Part shown: positions 17,289 through 26,957 of the stretch, piece after piece
How the letters are laid out: every line of letters starts with the position of its first letter
Position numbering within the stretch: the stretch's first letter is position 1
Source of the DNA: Candidatus Nealsonbacteria bacterium RIFCSPLOWO2_01_FULL_43_32
GTDB taxonomy: Bacteria; Patescibacteriota; Minisyncoccia; Minisyncoccales; MHMH01
Direction: 5' to 3'
NCBI GenBank assembly: GCA_001819335.1
Contig: MHMH01000021.1
Location: 1-62,835, forward strand
DNA length: 62,835 bases
Notes under the pieces: generated by a model
What the model was told of the DNA's origin: nothing
Databases searched by the model: none
What the model saw: only the letters and a program-made list of their open reading frames with translations
Made by a program: the position numbers and the translations under genes

Positions 17289-18042
17289 AAAGATGCCAAT
17301 CTTCGGTTTCGCCGTAGATGTTAATAAGGTCTTTTTCCGTTAAGTCGGCGGAGCATCCGTTAAAAACTATTTCGCCGTTTCTCATGCCGATGATGCTCGT
17401 GCCGTATCTTTTGGCGAAATCGAGAAAATGAAGGCTCGTGACCAAAGTGATGCCCTTTTTGCGGCAAATATTCGTCAACAAATCCATAATCTCTTTCATG
17501 AGCTTCGGGTCTAAACTGGAAACGGGTTCGTCGGCTAAAATGATTTCCGGGTTTTGAGATAAAGCTCGGGCGATGGCCACTCTTTGCTTTTGGCCGCCGC
17601 TTAAATCCGTCACCCGCTCCTTCTTAAAATCCGCCAAATTAACCATGGAGAGGCTTTCTCTGGCAACGGAGTAATCTTCCGGCGAGAATCTGCTAAAAAT
17701 GGTATTGAAGTTGGTATTGTATCTCAAACGGCCGTTAAGCACGTTTTGGGCTACGCTCTCTCTTTCGATCAGATTGAAATTTTGGAAGATCATGCCAATC
17801 TTGCCCCTAATCTGATATACCTTTTCCAAAGGACTGTGCAGAATATCTTCGCCGTTGATGAATATTCTGCCGGACGAAGGCTCAACCAGCCGGTTGATCG
17901 CTTTAAGCAAAGTCGATTTCCCCGAACCGGAAGAGCCGACGATAACCAAACTTTCGCCCTTTTGGATTTCAAGATTAATATTTTTCAGGGCTTCGATCCC
18001 TCGATTTTGATAAGTATGGCTAAGATTCTCTATTTTGATCAT
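17269..18042 (-). CDS. phnC: Phosphonate ABC transporter ATPase
   Basis: GSSGSGKST, IGMIFQNFNL...NVLNGRL, LSGGQKQRVAIARAL and ILADEPVSSLDP. Confidence 0.95.
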   Translation of the reverse strand: MIKIENLSHTYQNRGIEALKNINLEIQKGESLVIVGSSGSGKSTLLKAINRLVEPSSGRIFINGEDILHSPLEKVYQIRGKIGMIFQNFNLIERESVAQNVLNGRLRYNTNFNTIFSRFSPEDYSVARESLSMVNLADFKKERVTDLSGGQKQRVAIARALSQNPEIILADEPVSSLDPKLMKEIMDLLTNICRKKGITLVTSLHFLDFAKRYGTSIIGMRNGEIVFNGCSADLTEKDLINIYGETEDWHLYGKTGF

Positions 18043-18953
18043 TTTATTTGGCGGCGCCTGGGGCTGGCCACGTCCATGCCTAAAATTGCCGCAGTTTGCC
18101 TAATGATGTCGTAATCGCTGTCAGATACTTCCTGGTACTTGGCGATATCGCCCCAGCCCGAGACCTCGTGAATCGTCTGCTCCTGCATATTAATCAAAGC
18201 GTCTTTAATTTTCTGCTTCAATGCTTGAGGCAAATCTCCCCTGATGGCAATGGGCGAGCCGGGAATCGACGGCGAGGTAAAGATGATTTTATTAACCGCC
18301 GGGTCAATTTCGCCGGCTTTAACCATTCTATCATAAGAGTTGTCGCTGTCCGCTCCCGCAGCCACTTTTTTATTGGCAATGGCGTATTCCACCGCATTGT
18401 GAGTGCCGGCGTAAAAAACCGTACTGAAATCTTTATCGGGATCTATCCCGTTTTCCAGCAGCATTTTTCTCGGAATCAAATTGCCCGAGGTTGAAGCCGG
18501 GTCGACAAAAGCGAAGCTTTTGCCTTTTAAATCTTCAAGTTTCGTGATGCCGCTGTCGGCTCTCGCCACAATAACCGAATGATAATCCGATTTGCCGTCG
18601 CTTCTCCTTACGCCATTGACGATGGCCTCGGCTCCGGCCATATTTTTAGCAATAATATAAGAGAATGGTCCGAACCAGGCCATTTCAATGTGTTTGGACC
18701 TCATCGCCTCAATAGCCGCCGTGTAATCGGAAGTCACCTGGATTTCCACGGGCATGCCTAATTTTTCCGAAAGATAAGCCCTCACGGGCTCGTAATCTCT
18801 AATCATTTCTTCGGCGTCATCGGCCGGAATAAGTCCCATCCTTAAAACTTTAATTTCATTTCCTCCACTGGGTTGATTTTTAACTGCTTGCCAAACCCCT
18901 ACTCCTAAAATAATAACGACGACTGCAACTAATAATTTGGCCATTTTTGACAT
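18039..18953 (-). CDS. phnD: Phosphonate/phosphite/phosphate ABC transporter substrate-binding protein
   Basis: N-terminal anchor; DYTAAIEAM, WFGPFSY, FVDPASTSGNLIP and GTHNA. Confidence 0.93.
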   Translation of the reverse strand: MSKMAKLLVAVVVIILGVGVWQAVKNQPSGGNEIKVLRMGLIPADDAEEMIRDYEPVRAYLSEKLGMPVEIQVTSDYTAAIEAMRSKHIEMAWFGPFSYIIAKNMAGAEAIVNGVRRSDGKSDYHSVIVARADSGITKLEDLKGKSFAFVDPASTSGNLIPRKMLLENGIDPDKDFSTVFYAGTHNAVEYAIANKKVAAGADSDNSYDRMVKAGEIDPAVNKIIFTSPSIPGSPIAIRGDLPQALKQKIKDALINMQEQTIHEVSGWGDIAKYQEVSDSDYDIIRQTAAILGMDVASPRRRQIK

Positions 18954-18995
18954 ATTTTTAGTTAAATTAAATTTTAATAATAAATAATGATGTGA

Positions 18996-19763
18996 TTACG
19001 TTTCCCGACCTTTAAAAATTTGCCTTACTTTTTCTAAATCCTGCTCCGTATCTATCTCCCACCAGTTTTTCTTAATCAGGACGGGATAAACCTCAAACCC
19101 CCTGTCAATCAACTCTTGAAGCATATCGGTCAAATAAGCTTTCTCGAAGGTCGCTGCTTGCTGAAAGGGCTTTCCCCAATATTGGCTTTTCACTCTTTGA
19201 AATTCTTTTTTAAAGATTGCGGCGCCCTGCTCACTGAATTTAACCAGACCGATAAACTCGCCTTGCGAGTCTTGAACGGTTAAATGTTTCCCGATTTTTA
19301 ACACTTGGCCGCCTTGAATCATGACTTTTTCTGCTTCTTCTAACGGGTGTTCTGTCCTGTCTTGATAATATTCCTGCCAATCAATATCAACCACCACGGC
19401 AATGTCATTTTTATTCTCCAGCAATCTCTCCACCACGCTTTTGTCGTAGAGAATATCACTGTAAGCAGCGATGAAGCTCCCATTCATTGCCGACTCGGCA
19501 CAAAATAGAGAGTTTAAAATATTGTTATTTTGATAATTGGCGTTTTCGTAGTATTTTATGCCGGGGAAATTTATTTTATTGCCCTGATATCCCCTGACTA
19601 TTGCCGCATCTGTTATCCCGCAGAGCTTTAACGTTTGCAGTTGTCGCTCCATAATTGTTTTATCGCCTATTCTTAAGAGACACTTGGGGATATCATTGGT
19701 CAGGGGATTTAAGCGTTTCCCCATGCCAGCGGCAATGATGATGGCCTTGGAAATCTTATTCAT
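18996..19763 (-). CDS. LicC/PntC-type phosphocholine/phosphonate cytidylyltransferase
   Basis: AIIIAAGMGKRL.PLT..PKCLL, NNILNSL, YSDILY, GEFIGLVKFS, YLTDMLQELID and WWEIDTEQDL. Confidence 0.85.
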   Translation of the reverse strand: MNKISKAIIIAAGMGKRLNPLTNDIPKCLLRIGDKTIMERQLQTLKLCGITDAAIVRGYQGNKINFPGIKYYENANYQNNNILNSLFCAESAMNGSFIAAYSDILYDKSVVERLLENKNDIAVVVDIDWQEYYQDRTEHPLEEAEKVMIQGGQVLKIGKHLTVQDSQGEFIGLVKFSEQGAAIFKKEFQRVKSQYWGKPFQQAATFEKAYLTDMLQELIDRGFEVYPVLIKKNWWEIDTEQDLEKVRQIFKGRET

Positions 19764-20497
19764 GTTTTAATATTTTTAATTCCCTGATATTGCTTAAATA
19801 ACAATACGAAATACATCAGCGGGGAAAGAATTCCGTAAAAAATAACGATTAAAGACACTTTATCTATAATAACGGCCAAAGGAATCCAAAAAATAATGCC
19901 GGTGGTTATACCCCCAAAGGACGACAAGATTCTCTTTAATCTCTTATCTGAATAAAAAGCTCTCTCGCCGGCTTTCCGATAGGCCCCTTCCGACTGCCGG
20001 CCCGACTGTAAAATAGCGCTGATGTATCTAAGCTTGGCCAAGCGAAGCAACACCTTAAACATTGAGGCGGAAAATCCTAAAAGAATCAGCAAGATCGGGT
20101 AAACAAACGCAGCATATGCTCCCAAAGCCAAAGGAATAAACAGCGCGGCGCACTTAATGTCATGAGTCATCGGTTCCATAAAAGAGCCCCCGAGGCCGCT
20201 GCCCGAACCCCGGTACCTGGCCACCTCGCCGTCGCTTAAATCTATAATGTGGGCCAGCCAAAGAAGAGCAATGCCCGTTAAACTCCACCAATACTCTCCT
20301 TTAATAAAACAAAGACTGCCTAAAACAAAGAGAACCGTGCCCCAAATTGTAACTTGGTTCGCGGTAAGCCTCTTAAAATGTAAAAAGAACCAAGTAAAAT
20401 AGATGGAAAAATTCCGAAAGAATCGGTTGATGAAAGATTCTTTCCCTGCTTCTCCCTGTTTCTGACAGATTTTTCTTAATTCTTTGATTGATTCCAT
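19760..20497 (-). CDS. CDP-alcohol phosphotransferase family membrane protein
   Basis: TANQVT and D-x-x-D-G-x-x-A-R-x-x-G motif (DLSDGEVARYRG). Confidence 0.9.
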   Translation of the reverse strand: MESIKELRKICQKQGEAGKESFINRFFRNFSIYFTWFFLHFKRLTANQVTIWGTVLFVLGSLCFIKGEYWWSLTGIALLWLAHIIDLSDGEVARYRGSGSGLGGSFMEPMTHDIKCAALFIPLALGAYAAFVYPILLILLGFSASMFKVLLRLAKLRYISAILQSGRQSEGAYRKAGERAFYSDKRLKRILSSFGGITTGIIFWIPLAVIIDKVSLIVIFYGILSPLMYFVLLFKQYQGIKNIKT

Positions 20498-20508
20498 ACA
20501 ATATCTAT

Positions 20509-20556
20509 ATTATTACGGAAGCCGTTGAACATGTCAAGAGGTGTCAAAAAGGGTCA
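20509..20556 (-). promoter_or_regulatory. Promoter of the phosphonate module, with three GTCA direct repeats at 10-bp spacing
   Basis: Minus strand TTGACA-17 bp-AATAAT; the 18-mer tgtcaagaggtgtcaaaa at 20532-20549 is identical to 38436-38453. Confidence 0.75.
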
Positions 20557-22233
20557 TTCATCTAAAAATTCTACCGCTTGGTCAACGACCCACTTCGAAC
20601 CGTTCTGATAGGGATTGCCAAAGAATTGCTCCTGTAATTTGATCAAATCTTCTTTGGGCACGTCAATGCTTTTTCTAATTTTATCAATCAGGTCCTGGGG
20701 ATCTTTGGCGAAAAAACGGCCCTGAAAATCAAAAGTCCTGATATCAAAGTAATCCCCCCACCTGTCTGTCCAGAAAAACACCAGGGGTTTGAGCTGAGCC
20801 AACCCCTCCAGGACCGAAGTGCTATGAGAGCCCACCACCACCCGGGATTGCGAAATTGCCTGATGAATATCCCCCTTTAAAACCTTTATCCTTTCCAATA
20901 TGCCCGGTTCATTCTTTTTCAACCAATCCTCAAAGCCGTCTCTTTGAGGCCGAATCTTTAAAGACAAAGCAAAATCTTTTACTAACAGCAGAGCCAAAAG
21001 ATAGGGCATTACTTCTTTAGGGTCGGCTAACTGCTCAGAGATAAAAAGAACCTTTACGGGACCCGTGGAAGGGGCCGCCTCCTCGACATTCTTTCTTTCT
21101 AAAGGACGCATATGGCCGGACACACCGAGTTGTTCTGGTTTAAAAGCACGGCTGTATTTAAGATAATAGTCTCGCCACCAATTTGACCAAAGACCATACT
21201 TGTCGAGGGAAAGTGGCTTTTTGCCATCAAACTCGGGCATAAAATCAGAAACAAAGTAATAACGGGGTATCGCGCCATGCTGAATGCCTACCGTTTTTAT
21301 TCCGGCTAATTTACAGCCCAAAACTTCATAGAAAGTGCGATTGCATCCCGCAGTGGTTATAGCAGCCTTAACTCCTATCCACTGCAAAATAAACTTCATT
21401 ACCCGGATAGACCAAATAGTTCCCCTAATATTGCGAAGATAATGAGTAGAAACTTGAAACCAAAAACGCTCCTCGGGGTCGATATTCGAAAAAGGAGGCG
21501 AATAACGACCGAAGCAATTGGCAAAAGAATTTATAAATCCAATGATGGCCGTAGAATAAACCACCGGCCTTTTTCTCCGCCAAGCATGCCCTAAGACCGT
21601 CATTGAGGACTCCAAGCTCCGGATAAATTCAACAAAAGGAATTTTTCTTTTTCTTAACTCCTCATAGATAAATTTTTGCCGGTAATCAAAATCATACGGG
21701 GGATCAAATTTGTCGCTTGTCCGAACCATCAATGCGGGCCTCGTAATCTTTAGCCAGAGTAAAAAACCAAGAGAAAGCAGACACTGGATAAAAACACCCG
21801 AGGGGACGGGCAATAAGTTTCTGAACCGAAACTGGCTGATGATGGTGCACCGGCGATCGTGGGCTCTTAAGAAATATTGGAAAAGATGAGGCCAAGGTGC
21901 TTGGAAAAGAGATACTCTCTCAAAATTCTTTAAATAGAACAATAACTTACGGTATTGGGTGTAAGGCAAACAAAATTTATAGTGGATACTCTCATAGTGC
22001 ATCCACCAAAGCTCATAACCCTGCAAATTTACCAGTTTTGACAAACGGGAGCCGTCAGGCAGAATGAAACGGGAAAGTTTATTGCTAAGCGCGTAAGCCT
22101 GCTGGATGCTGCCGGGACTGATGAAATTTTGCAGTTCTTTTGGGCCGATAATCTCATCAAACTGCCGGTACCATTTTTTGGGTTTTGAGGGAAAATCTTT
22201 GCCAAAGATTACTAAGAGAGATTTTTTATTCAT
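20554..22233 (-). CDS. GT-B-like surface-carbohydrate transferase (capsule biosynthesis / CDP-glycerol phosphotransferase / sialyltransferase-like)
   Basis: TVGIQHG, KIRPQ and VVVGSHSTSVLEGLAQLKPLV C-terminal motifs; context beside a CMP-sugar synthetase. Confidence 0.55.
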   Translation of the reverse strand: MNKKSLLVIFGKDFPSKPKKWYRQFDEIIGPKELQNFISPGSIQQAYALSNKLSRFILPDGSRLSKLVNLQGYELWWMHYESIHYKFCLPYTQYRKLLFYLKNFERVSLFQAPWPHLFQYFLRAHDRRCTIISQFRFRNLLPVPSGVFIQCLLSLGFLLWLKITRPALMVRTSDKFDPPYDFDYRQKFIYEELRKRKIPFVEFIRSLESSMTVLGHAWRRKRPVVYSTAIIGFINSFANCFGRYSPPFSNIDPEERFWFQVSTHYLRNIRGTIWSIRVMKFILQWIGVKAAITTAGCNRTFYEVLGCKLAGIKTVGIQHGAIPRYYFVSDFMPEFDGKKPLSLDKYGLWSNWWRDYYLKYSRAFKPEQLGVSGHMRPLERKNVEEAAPSTGPVKVLFISEQLADPKEVMPYLLALLLVKDFALSLKIRPQRDGFEDWLKKNEPGILERIKVLKGDIHQAISQSRVVVGSHSTSVLEGLAQLKPLVFFWTDRWGDYFDIRTFDFQGRFFAKDPQDLIDKIRKSIDVPKEDLIKLQEQFFGNPYQNGSKWVVDQAVEFLDE

Positions 22234-22236
22234 GTC

Positions 22237-23715
22237 TTAAAAATATTTTTCCTGGTAAATCCTTTTCAATTCTTCAAACATCTTATTCCCCTCTTCGTCA
22301 AACTTTTCCGCTATTTTAATCTTAGGCCATTCCGTTTTGGAAAATCTCGCGTATAAGGGGAAAGTCCTCTGCAAGCCCTTCAATTCTTCGTAGGTGATGG
22401 AATCCATGTTAAGCCTGACGCTGTCCGTCAAATTGTGCACTTTGGCGTTTTTATCAAGGTAATCCTTTTTAATACAATATTGATACAAAGTTGTACCTTT
22501 ATAAGGAACGAAAAGATAGCAATTGATGGTGCGGGGATTTAATTGGCGATTTAATTCAATGGTATCGAAAATAAGCTCTCTTGTTTCGTCGGGGAAACCA
22601 ATAATATTGTTAACAGTATAGAGTATCCCGTATTTCTCAACCATCTTCAAACCCTTCAGCATCTGCTGATTTGAGCCGGAACGGTTAAGTATTCTTTTCC
22701 GAAATTCTTCATTCCCGTGTTCAATGCCAAATTGCAGGGTCTCGCAATTCATTTCTTTTAGAATCTTTATTTTTTCTTCGGTGACGGTTTCCGGCCTAGT
22801 CTGACACCAAAAAGGCAGGCCGATTTCTTTATATTTTTCAGCAAACTCCTGAAGTTCTTCCAAGGGTTTTGCTAAAAATGTTTCTGAATTAAAATTAACA
22901 TAGTCAGGATTGTATTTTTTGACCAAGTGCCTCATTTCCGCTATTAATCTGTCTATGTTCTTTCTTCTGTAATATAAACCGCAACCTTTCTCTTGAAATA
23001 TTTTTTTGAGCTGAGGAGCCCCGCAGTAAGTACAATTATTAGGACAGCCCCGATCCATCTCTACATGCATCATAGTGTAAATCTTGCCGAACATCGGCCG
23101 GGCCAGCCTTTCTTTGCCGAAAATATCGTAATCAATATAAGGAAGTTTATTAATGTCAGTGAGCGACCTTAGGGGATTTTTCACAATCTTCCCCTCTTTT
23201 TTAACCCAAAGGTTTTTGACTTGAGAATAATCCTCGCCTTTTGACAATTTCTGACAAAGTTCTGCCAAAGTCTCTTCGCCTTCGCCGAGACAAATCATGT
23301 CAACCGCCTTATTTTGAATCACTTCTTCTGGTGAAAAAGTCACATAAACACCTCCGGCAATAACCGGAATATCAAAATCTTTTATCTTCTCTAATAGGGC
23401 TTGAGCTAAATCCCAGGTATCTTCAACAATAGTTAAAGCAATTAAATCAGGCCTAAATTTACTAACCTTTTTGATCAAATCGCCGTAAATATCGGTTTCT
23501 GTAAACTGCACTCCCTTGTCAGCCAGATTAAAGGGCTTCAACTGCAACAATTCCACCCTTTTTTGCTCAAAACTAATATCTTCTGTTTTATAGAAAGTCG
23601 TATCAAACAAATCAACCTCAAAGCCCCTCTCCTTCAAACAAGCTGAAAGCAAAGACAAATTGATTGGCACTAAAGTCGCCATCATTGTGTTGGGATAAAT
23701 GAACAATATTTTCAT
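22237..23715 (-). CDS. B12-binding-domain radical SAM protein
   Basis: N-terminal KILFIYP...GG...GEGE; RGCPNNCTYC; GIEHG; IGFPDET. Confidence 0.92.
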   Translation of the reverse strand: MKILFIYPNTMMATLVPINLSLLSACLKERGFEVDLFDTTFYKTEDISFEQKRVELLQLKPFNLADKGVQFTETDIYGDLIKKVSKFRPDLIALTIVEDTWDLAQALLEKIKDFDIPVIAGGVYVTFSPEEVIQNKAVDMICLGEGEETLAELCQKLSKGEDYSQVKNLWVKKEGKIVKNPLRSLTDINKLPYIDYDIFGKERLARPMFGKIYTMMHVEMDRGCPNNCTYCGAPQLKKIFQEKGCGLYYRRKNIDRLIAEMRHLVKKYNPDYVNFNSETFLAKPLEELQEFAEKYKEIGLPFWCQTRPETVTEEKIKILKEMNCETLQFGIEHGNEEFRKRILNRSGSNQQMLKGLKMVEKYGILYTVNNIIGFPDETRELIFDTIELNRQLNPRTINCYLFVPYKGTTLYQYCIKKDYLDKNAKVHNLTDSVRLNMDSITYEELKGLQRTFPLYARFSKTEWPKIKIAEKFDEEGNKMFEELKRIYQEKYF

Positions 23716-24479
23716 TAATTGTTTTTGTAAGGAGTTTTGTCTCCGGTGAAGCCATTATATTTCAGCCACCATTCAACTTGACCCCATTGCCACTCGTAAT
23801 CAATGTCCAAGCCCGCCTCATTTTCAATGGGATAAATTTTCTGGCCCATCCACTGCTGGGGCTTCACACCTTCTTCGATATTGTCCAAGCATCTGGGTCT
23901 CACCAAAGAAAGCGCCACGTCAGCCAGCCAAGCATCACCGGCTGAATCCCGGTCGCAGCTCATGGTCTTGGGGTCGCCAAAGGCCTCAAGAGGCACAAAG
24001 GGTTCTATCAAGCCGTCTTTGTTGATTTTTCTCATTCTGTTGGGGTGGTACATGTTGTATTTGCCCACTGTAATGACCGAGTCGTAATCAGGGTGCTCCC
24101 TTAAGATTTCAACTCCCTTGTCAATCTGGCTCGCCAAAACTGTCGGAGCGTTGCAGTGCAATAACGCAATGAATTCCACCTCCTTGCCTTCTTTTTTCAA
24201 TTCATCGCGGATGACGTTGAACCCGTGAACGAATGCGTCCTGGCCCAGGGCCTTATGGCCGGCCAGTTCCGCGGGCCGGTCGATGACCCTAGCTCCTTGC
24301 TGCTTGCTGATTTCTTTTATTTTGTCTGAATCCGTAGAAACATAAACTCTTTCTACATATTTAGAATTTTGGGCAGCTAATATGGGGTAAACCATGAGAG
24401 GCCTACCCAAAGCTGGCTTAATATTTTTCCCGGGGAACCCTTGGCTCCCCTCCCGGCCGATAAGTAAAGCGACAATCAT
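23715..24479 (-). CDS. CMP-ulosonic acid synthetase family cytidylyltransferase (NeuA/KdsB-like)
   Basis: GREGSQGFPGKNI...VSTDS...RPAELA...LDIDYEWQ. Confidence 0.88.
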   Translation of the reverse strand: MIVALLIGREGSQGFPGKNIKPALGRPLMVYPILAAQNSKYVERVYVSTDSDKIKEISKQQGARVIDRPAELAGHKALGQDAFVHGFNVIRDELKKEGKEVEFIALLHCNAPTVLASQIDKGVEILREHPDYDSVITVGKYNMYHPNRMRKINKDGLIEPFVPLEAFGDPKTMSCDRDSAGDAWLADVALSLVRPRCLDNIEEGVKPQQWMGQKIYPIENEAGLDIDYEWQWGQVEWWLKYNGFTGDKTPYKNN

Positions 24480-24508
24480 ATTGTTTATTGTGTTTATTAA
24501 TTATTAAT

Positions 24509-25267
24509 TTAATCACCCCCAGCTACAGTAAAAGTTTCTCCGGTAATGTAATCACCTCCCCTGGAAGCTAAAAAAAGAACCATTTGAGCGATATCAGAGG
24601 GTCTGCCCATTCTTCCCAGAGGAGTTAACTTTACTCTTTTTTGAAGATCTGCCTTTGTCCGATGAATTTTCTGATGGAAAAGAGTATCAATAATTCCTCC
24701 TCTCACGGTATTAACCAAAACATTGTAGGGAGCGCCTGCCCGAGCCAACCCCTTAGTTATCGCCTCCAGGGCAGCTTTGGCTGCTCCATAATGCAGGGTA
24801 GTTGCTGAACCGCCATATTTTGCTGCGACAGAGCTGATATTAATTATCCTGCCTCCTCGCTGTTTTTCCATACATCTGAAAGCTTCCTGAGCTAAGAAAA
24901 AAGGAGCGGCGGCATTAAGGGCAAAGGTTTTCTCCCAAGACCTTTCATCAAGCGACAAAAAATCTTTGACTCCGTAGACTCCGCCGGCATTATTAACCAA
25001 AACATCTATTCGGCCGAATTTTTGGATAAACTCACGAATTAAGTTATGACGACTGGCACTTTTGGTCAAATCGGCCTCCTTTAAAATTTCAGCTCGTCCT
25101 CCAAAAGAAGTTATTTTCCTTCTCAATTCTAATGCTCTTTTTTGGGATTGGTAATAATGGATGCCCACTAAAGCTCCATGCTTAGCAAAAAGCTCAGCTG
25201 TGGCAACGCCAATGCCGCCGTTAGCTCCGGTAATGAGAACTTTTTTGTTTTTTATTTCTTTAAACAT
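24509..25267 (-). CDS. Short-chain dehydrogenase/reductase
   Basis: TGANGGIG, LVNNAG and YGAAK. Confidence 0.95.
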   Translation of the reverse strand: MFKEIKNKKVLITGANGGIGVATAELFAKHGALVGIHYYQSQKRALELRRKITSFGGRAEILKEADLTKSASRHNLIREFIQKFGRIDVLVNNAGGVYGVKDFLSLDERSWEKTFALNAAAPFFLAQEAFRCMEKQRGGRIINISSVAAKYGGSATTLHYGAAKAALEAITKGLARAGAPYNVLVNTVRGGIIDTLFHQKIHRTKADLQKRVKLTPLGRMGRPSDIAQMVLFLASRGGDYITGETFTVAGGD

Positions 25268-26246
25268 TTTCTTTGAGTTTTAATATCTCGGTTGTTCTAA
25301 AAGCACAACCATTGCAAATTTTGACTTCATAAGATCGACCTTTTTCGTTAAGTTCTCGGATTTTCTCCATAATTTCTCCCCGCCAAGCAACCTGAATACT
25401 GTCTCCCCGATTAACATTACCGAGATTATAAGAATTGGAATAATCAAACTGGCAAATGGTAATAGTGCCGTCCCATCTCACCATCATCCTCTGCCAAAGA
25501 TAGGGGCAAGCCCAATCACCGATTAAATTCTGGCTTAAATAAGAATAATCCTTAAAATCGATAAAAGCTATCTCGTCAACTATATTTTCCCAAAAATGTT
25601 TATACTCATCCAGGACAGGAACTAATTCCGGCAAAGCCACAGTTTGAATTCTGACCAACGGTCGCTCTTTTTTCATTTCCCTTTTCAGTTGAATAAAATC
25701 TCTAATATTTTTTAAAACCTTATCAAAGTTAGCTCCCACTCGGTATTTTTCATAAACCTCAGCCGTGGTTCCCTCAAAAGAAATGGAGAGCCTGTCTAGT
25801 CCAGTCTCGATAATTTTTTTACTGACATCTTGAGTCAATAGGACGGCATTAGTGTTGAAATAAATATCTATTATTCCCTTTTTCTTGGCATAAGCTATCA
25901 TCTCTGGCAGGGCCTTATTTAATAAAGGTTCTCCCCGTCCTCCGGAGTTAAGCTTGACGGCGCAAAGACCATTTACTGCTCCTTCGTCAATAATTTTCTT
26001 GAAAGTGTCAAAGGACATAAATCCTTGGCCGCCGATTGGCTCATAATTGGTGGCGCAAAAGGAACACTTTAAATTGCACAAGCAAGTAGTCTCAATGTCT
26101 AGGTGGAGCGGGAATTCGCCTGCGGTAAAGGTTTTGGGTCGAGTCTCCCAGTTCTTGCGGTATTCCAAAAAACGAGGCTCTTGGCTCCGCAAGACGCTTT
26201 TCCCGCCAATGGTATGAAAATTAGCATTTACTTTAATTTCTGTCAT
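25260..26246 (-). CDS. Radical SAM protein with SPASM/twitch domain
   Basis: CNLKCSFC; GEPLL; C-terminal CPYLW...DGTITIC...ICNGC. Confidence 0.92.
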   Translation of the reverse strand: MTEIKVNANFHTIGGKSVLRSQEPRFLEYRKNWETRPKTFTAGEFPLHLDIETTCLCNLKCSFCATNYEPIGGQGFMSFDTFKKIIDEGAVNGLCAVKLNSGGRGEPLLNKALPEMIAYAKKKGIIDIYFNTNAVLLTQDVSKKIIETGLDRLSISFEGTTAEVYEKYRVGANFDKVLKNIRDFIQLKREMKKERPLVRIQTVALPELVPVLDEYKHFWENIVDEIAFIDFKDYSYLSQNLIGDWACPYLWQRMMVRWDGTITICQFDYSNSYNLGNVNRGDSIQVAWRGEIMEKIRELNEKGRSYEVKICNGCAFRTTEILKLKENV

Positions 26247-26956
26247 ATATTTGAAGCCGCCGCTTCGTCTGCCAAAACAATGGTTGGCACATCATTGAAG
26301 GTTAGGGCCGGCAGCTCTCGTTTATTATATTTCTCTTTATCAAGGATGAGCTTTCTTAACAAATCCGCTTTATCTTTGCCGGCCAGCATTAAAACATTAG
26401 TCTTGGATTTATTGAGAAACCAAGGGGTAAGAGTAATTCTTCCAGCATAACCCCAAACCTTGGTAGACGCTGATAAATCCCAAATATCATTCTTCCAGCC
26501 AATCCGGGGATTTTCTATCATAACACCGTTCCGGTGGCCATCTGCGCCTGCGCCATTAAAAGTTAAATCAAAACCATCAGGGGCTAAACTATCTATCTGT
26601 CGAGTGTATTCTTGCGCTCCCTCAACTAAGCCTAATTCTATTTTTATGGGGTGGAGATTGGCTGGAATGTGGCTCAGCCAGGGCTGGAAAGCTCTTTGGA
26701 AGTTGCTTTCTGGATGATGGCTTGCTTTTCCTTCATCTCCCCAGAAAACATGCACCTTCGGCCAAAAAATACTTTCTTTATAATCAGTCGCCAAAAGTTC
26801 AAACATGCGTTTGGGCGTTGAGCCGCCGCTGATAGCCACCGTAAAAATATCCGGGTTCTTACTGGCCGAAATAAAAAGTTGGCAGGCGTGACGAGAAAGC
26901 TCTTCTAAATCAGCCAATATTCTAATTTCTAAATTGTCTGCCTTCTTTATTTTCAT
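26243..26956 (-). CDS. pgl: 6-phosphogluconolactonase family protein
   Basis: VAISGGSTP, VFWGDE, SNF, GAGADGH, RITLT and GKDKA; divergent member. Confidence 0.8.
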   Translation of the reverse strand: MKIKKADNLEIRILADLEELSRHACQLFISASKNPDIFTVAISGGSTPKRMFELLATDYKESIFWPKVHVFWGDEGKASHHPESNFQRAFQPWLSHIPANLHPIKIELGLVEGAQEYTRQIDSLAPDGFDLTFNGAGADGHRNGVMIENPRIGWKNDIWDLSASTKVWGYAGRITLTPWFLNKSKTNVLMLAGKDKADLLRKLILDKEKYNKRELPALTFNDVPTIVLADEAAASNI

Positions 26957-26957
26957 T

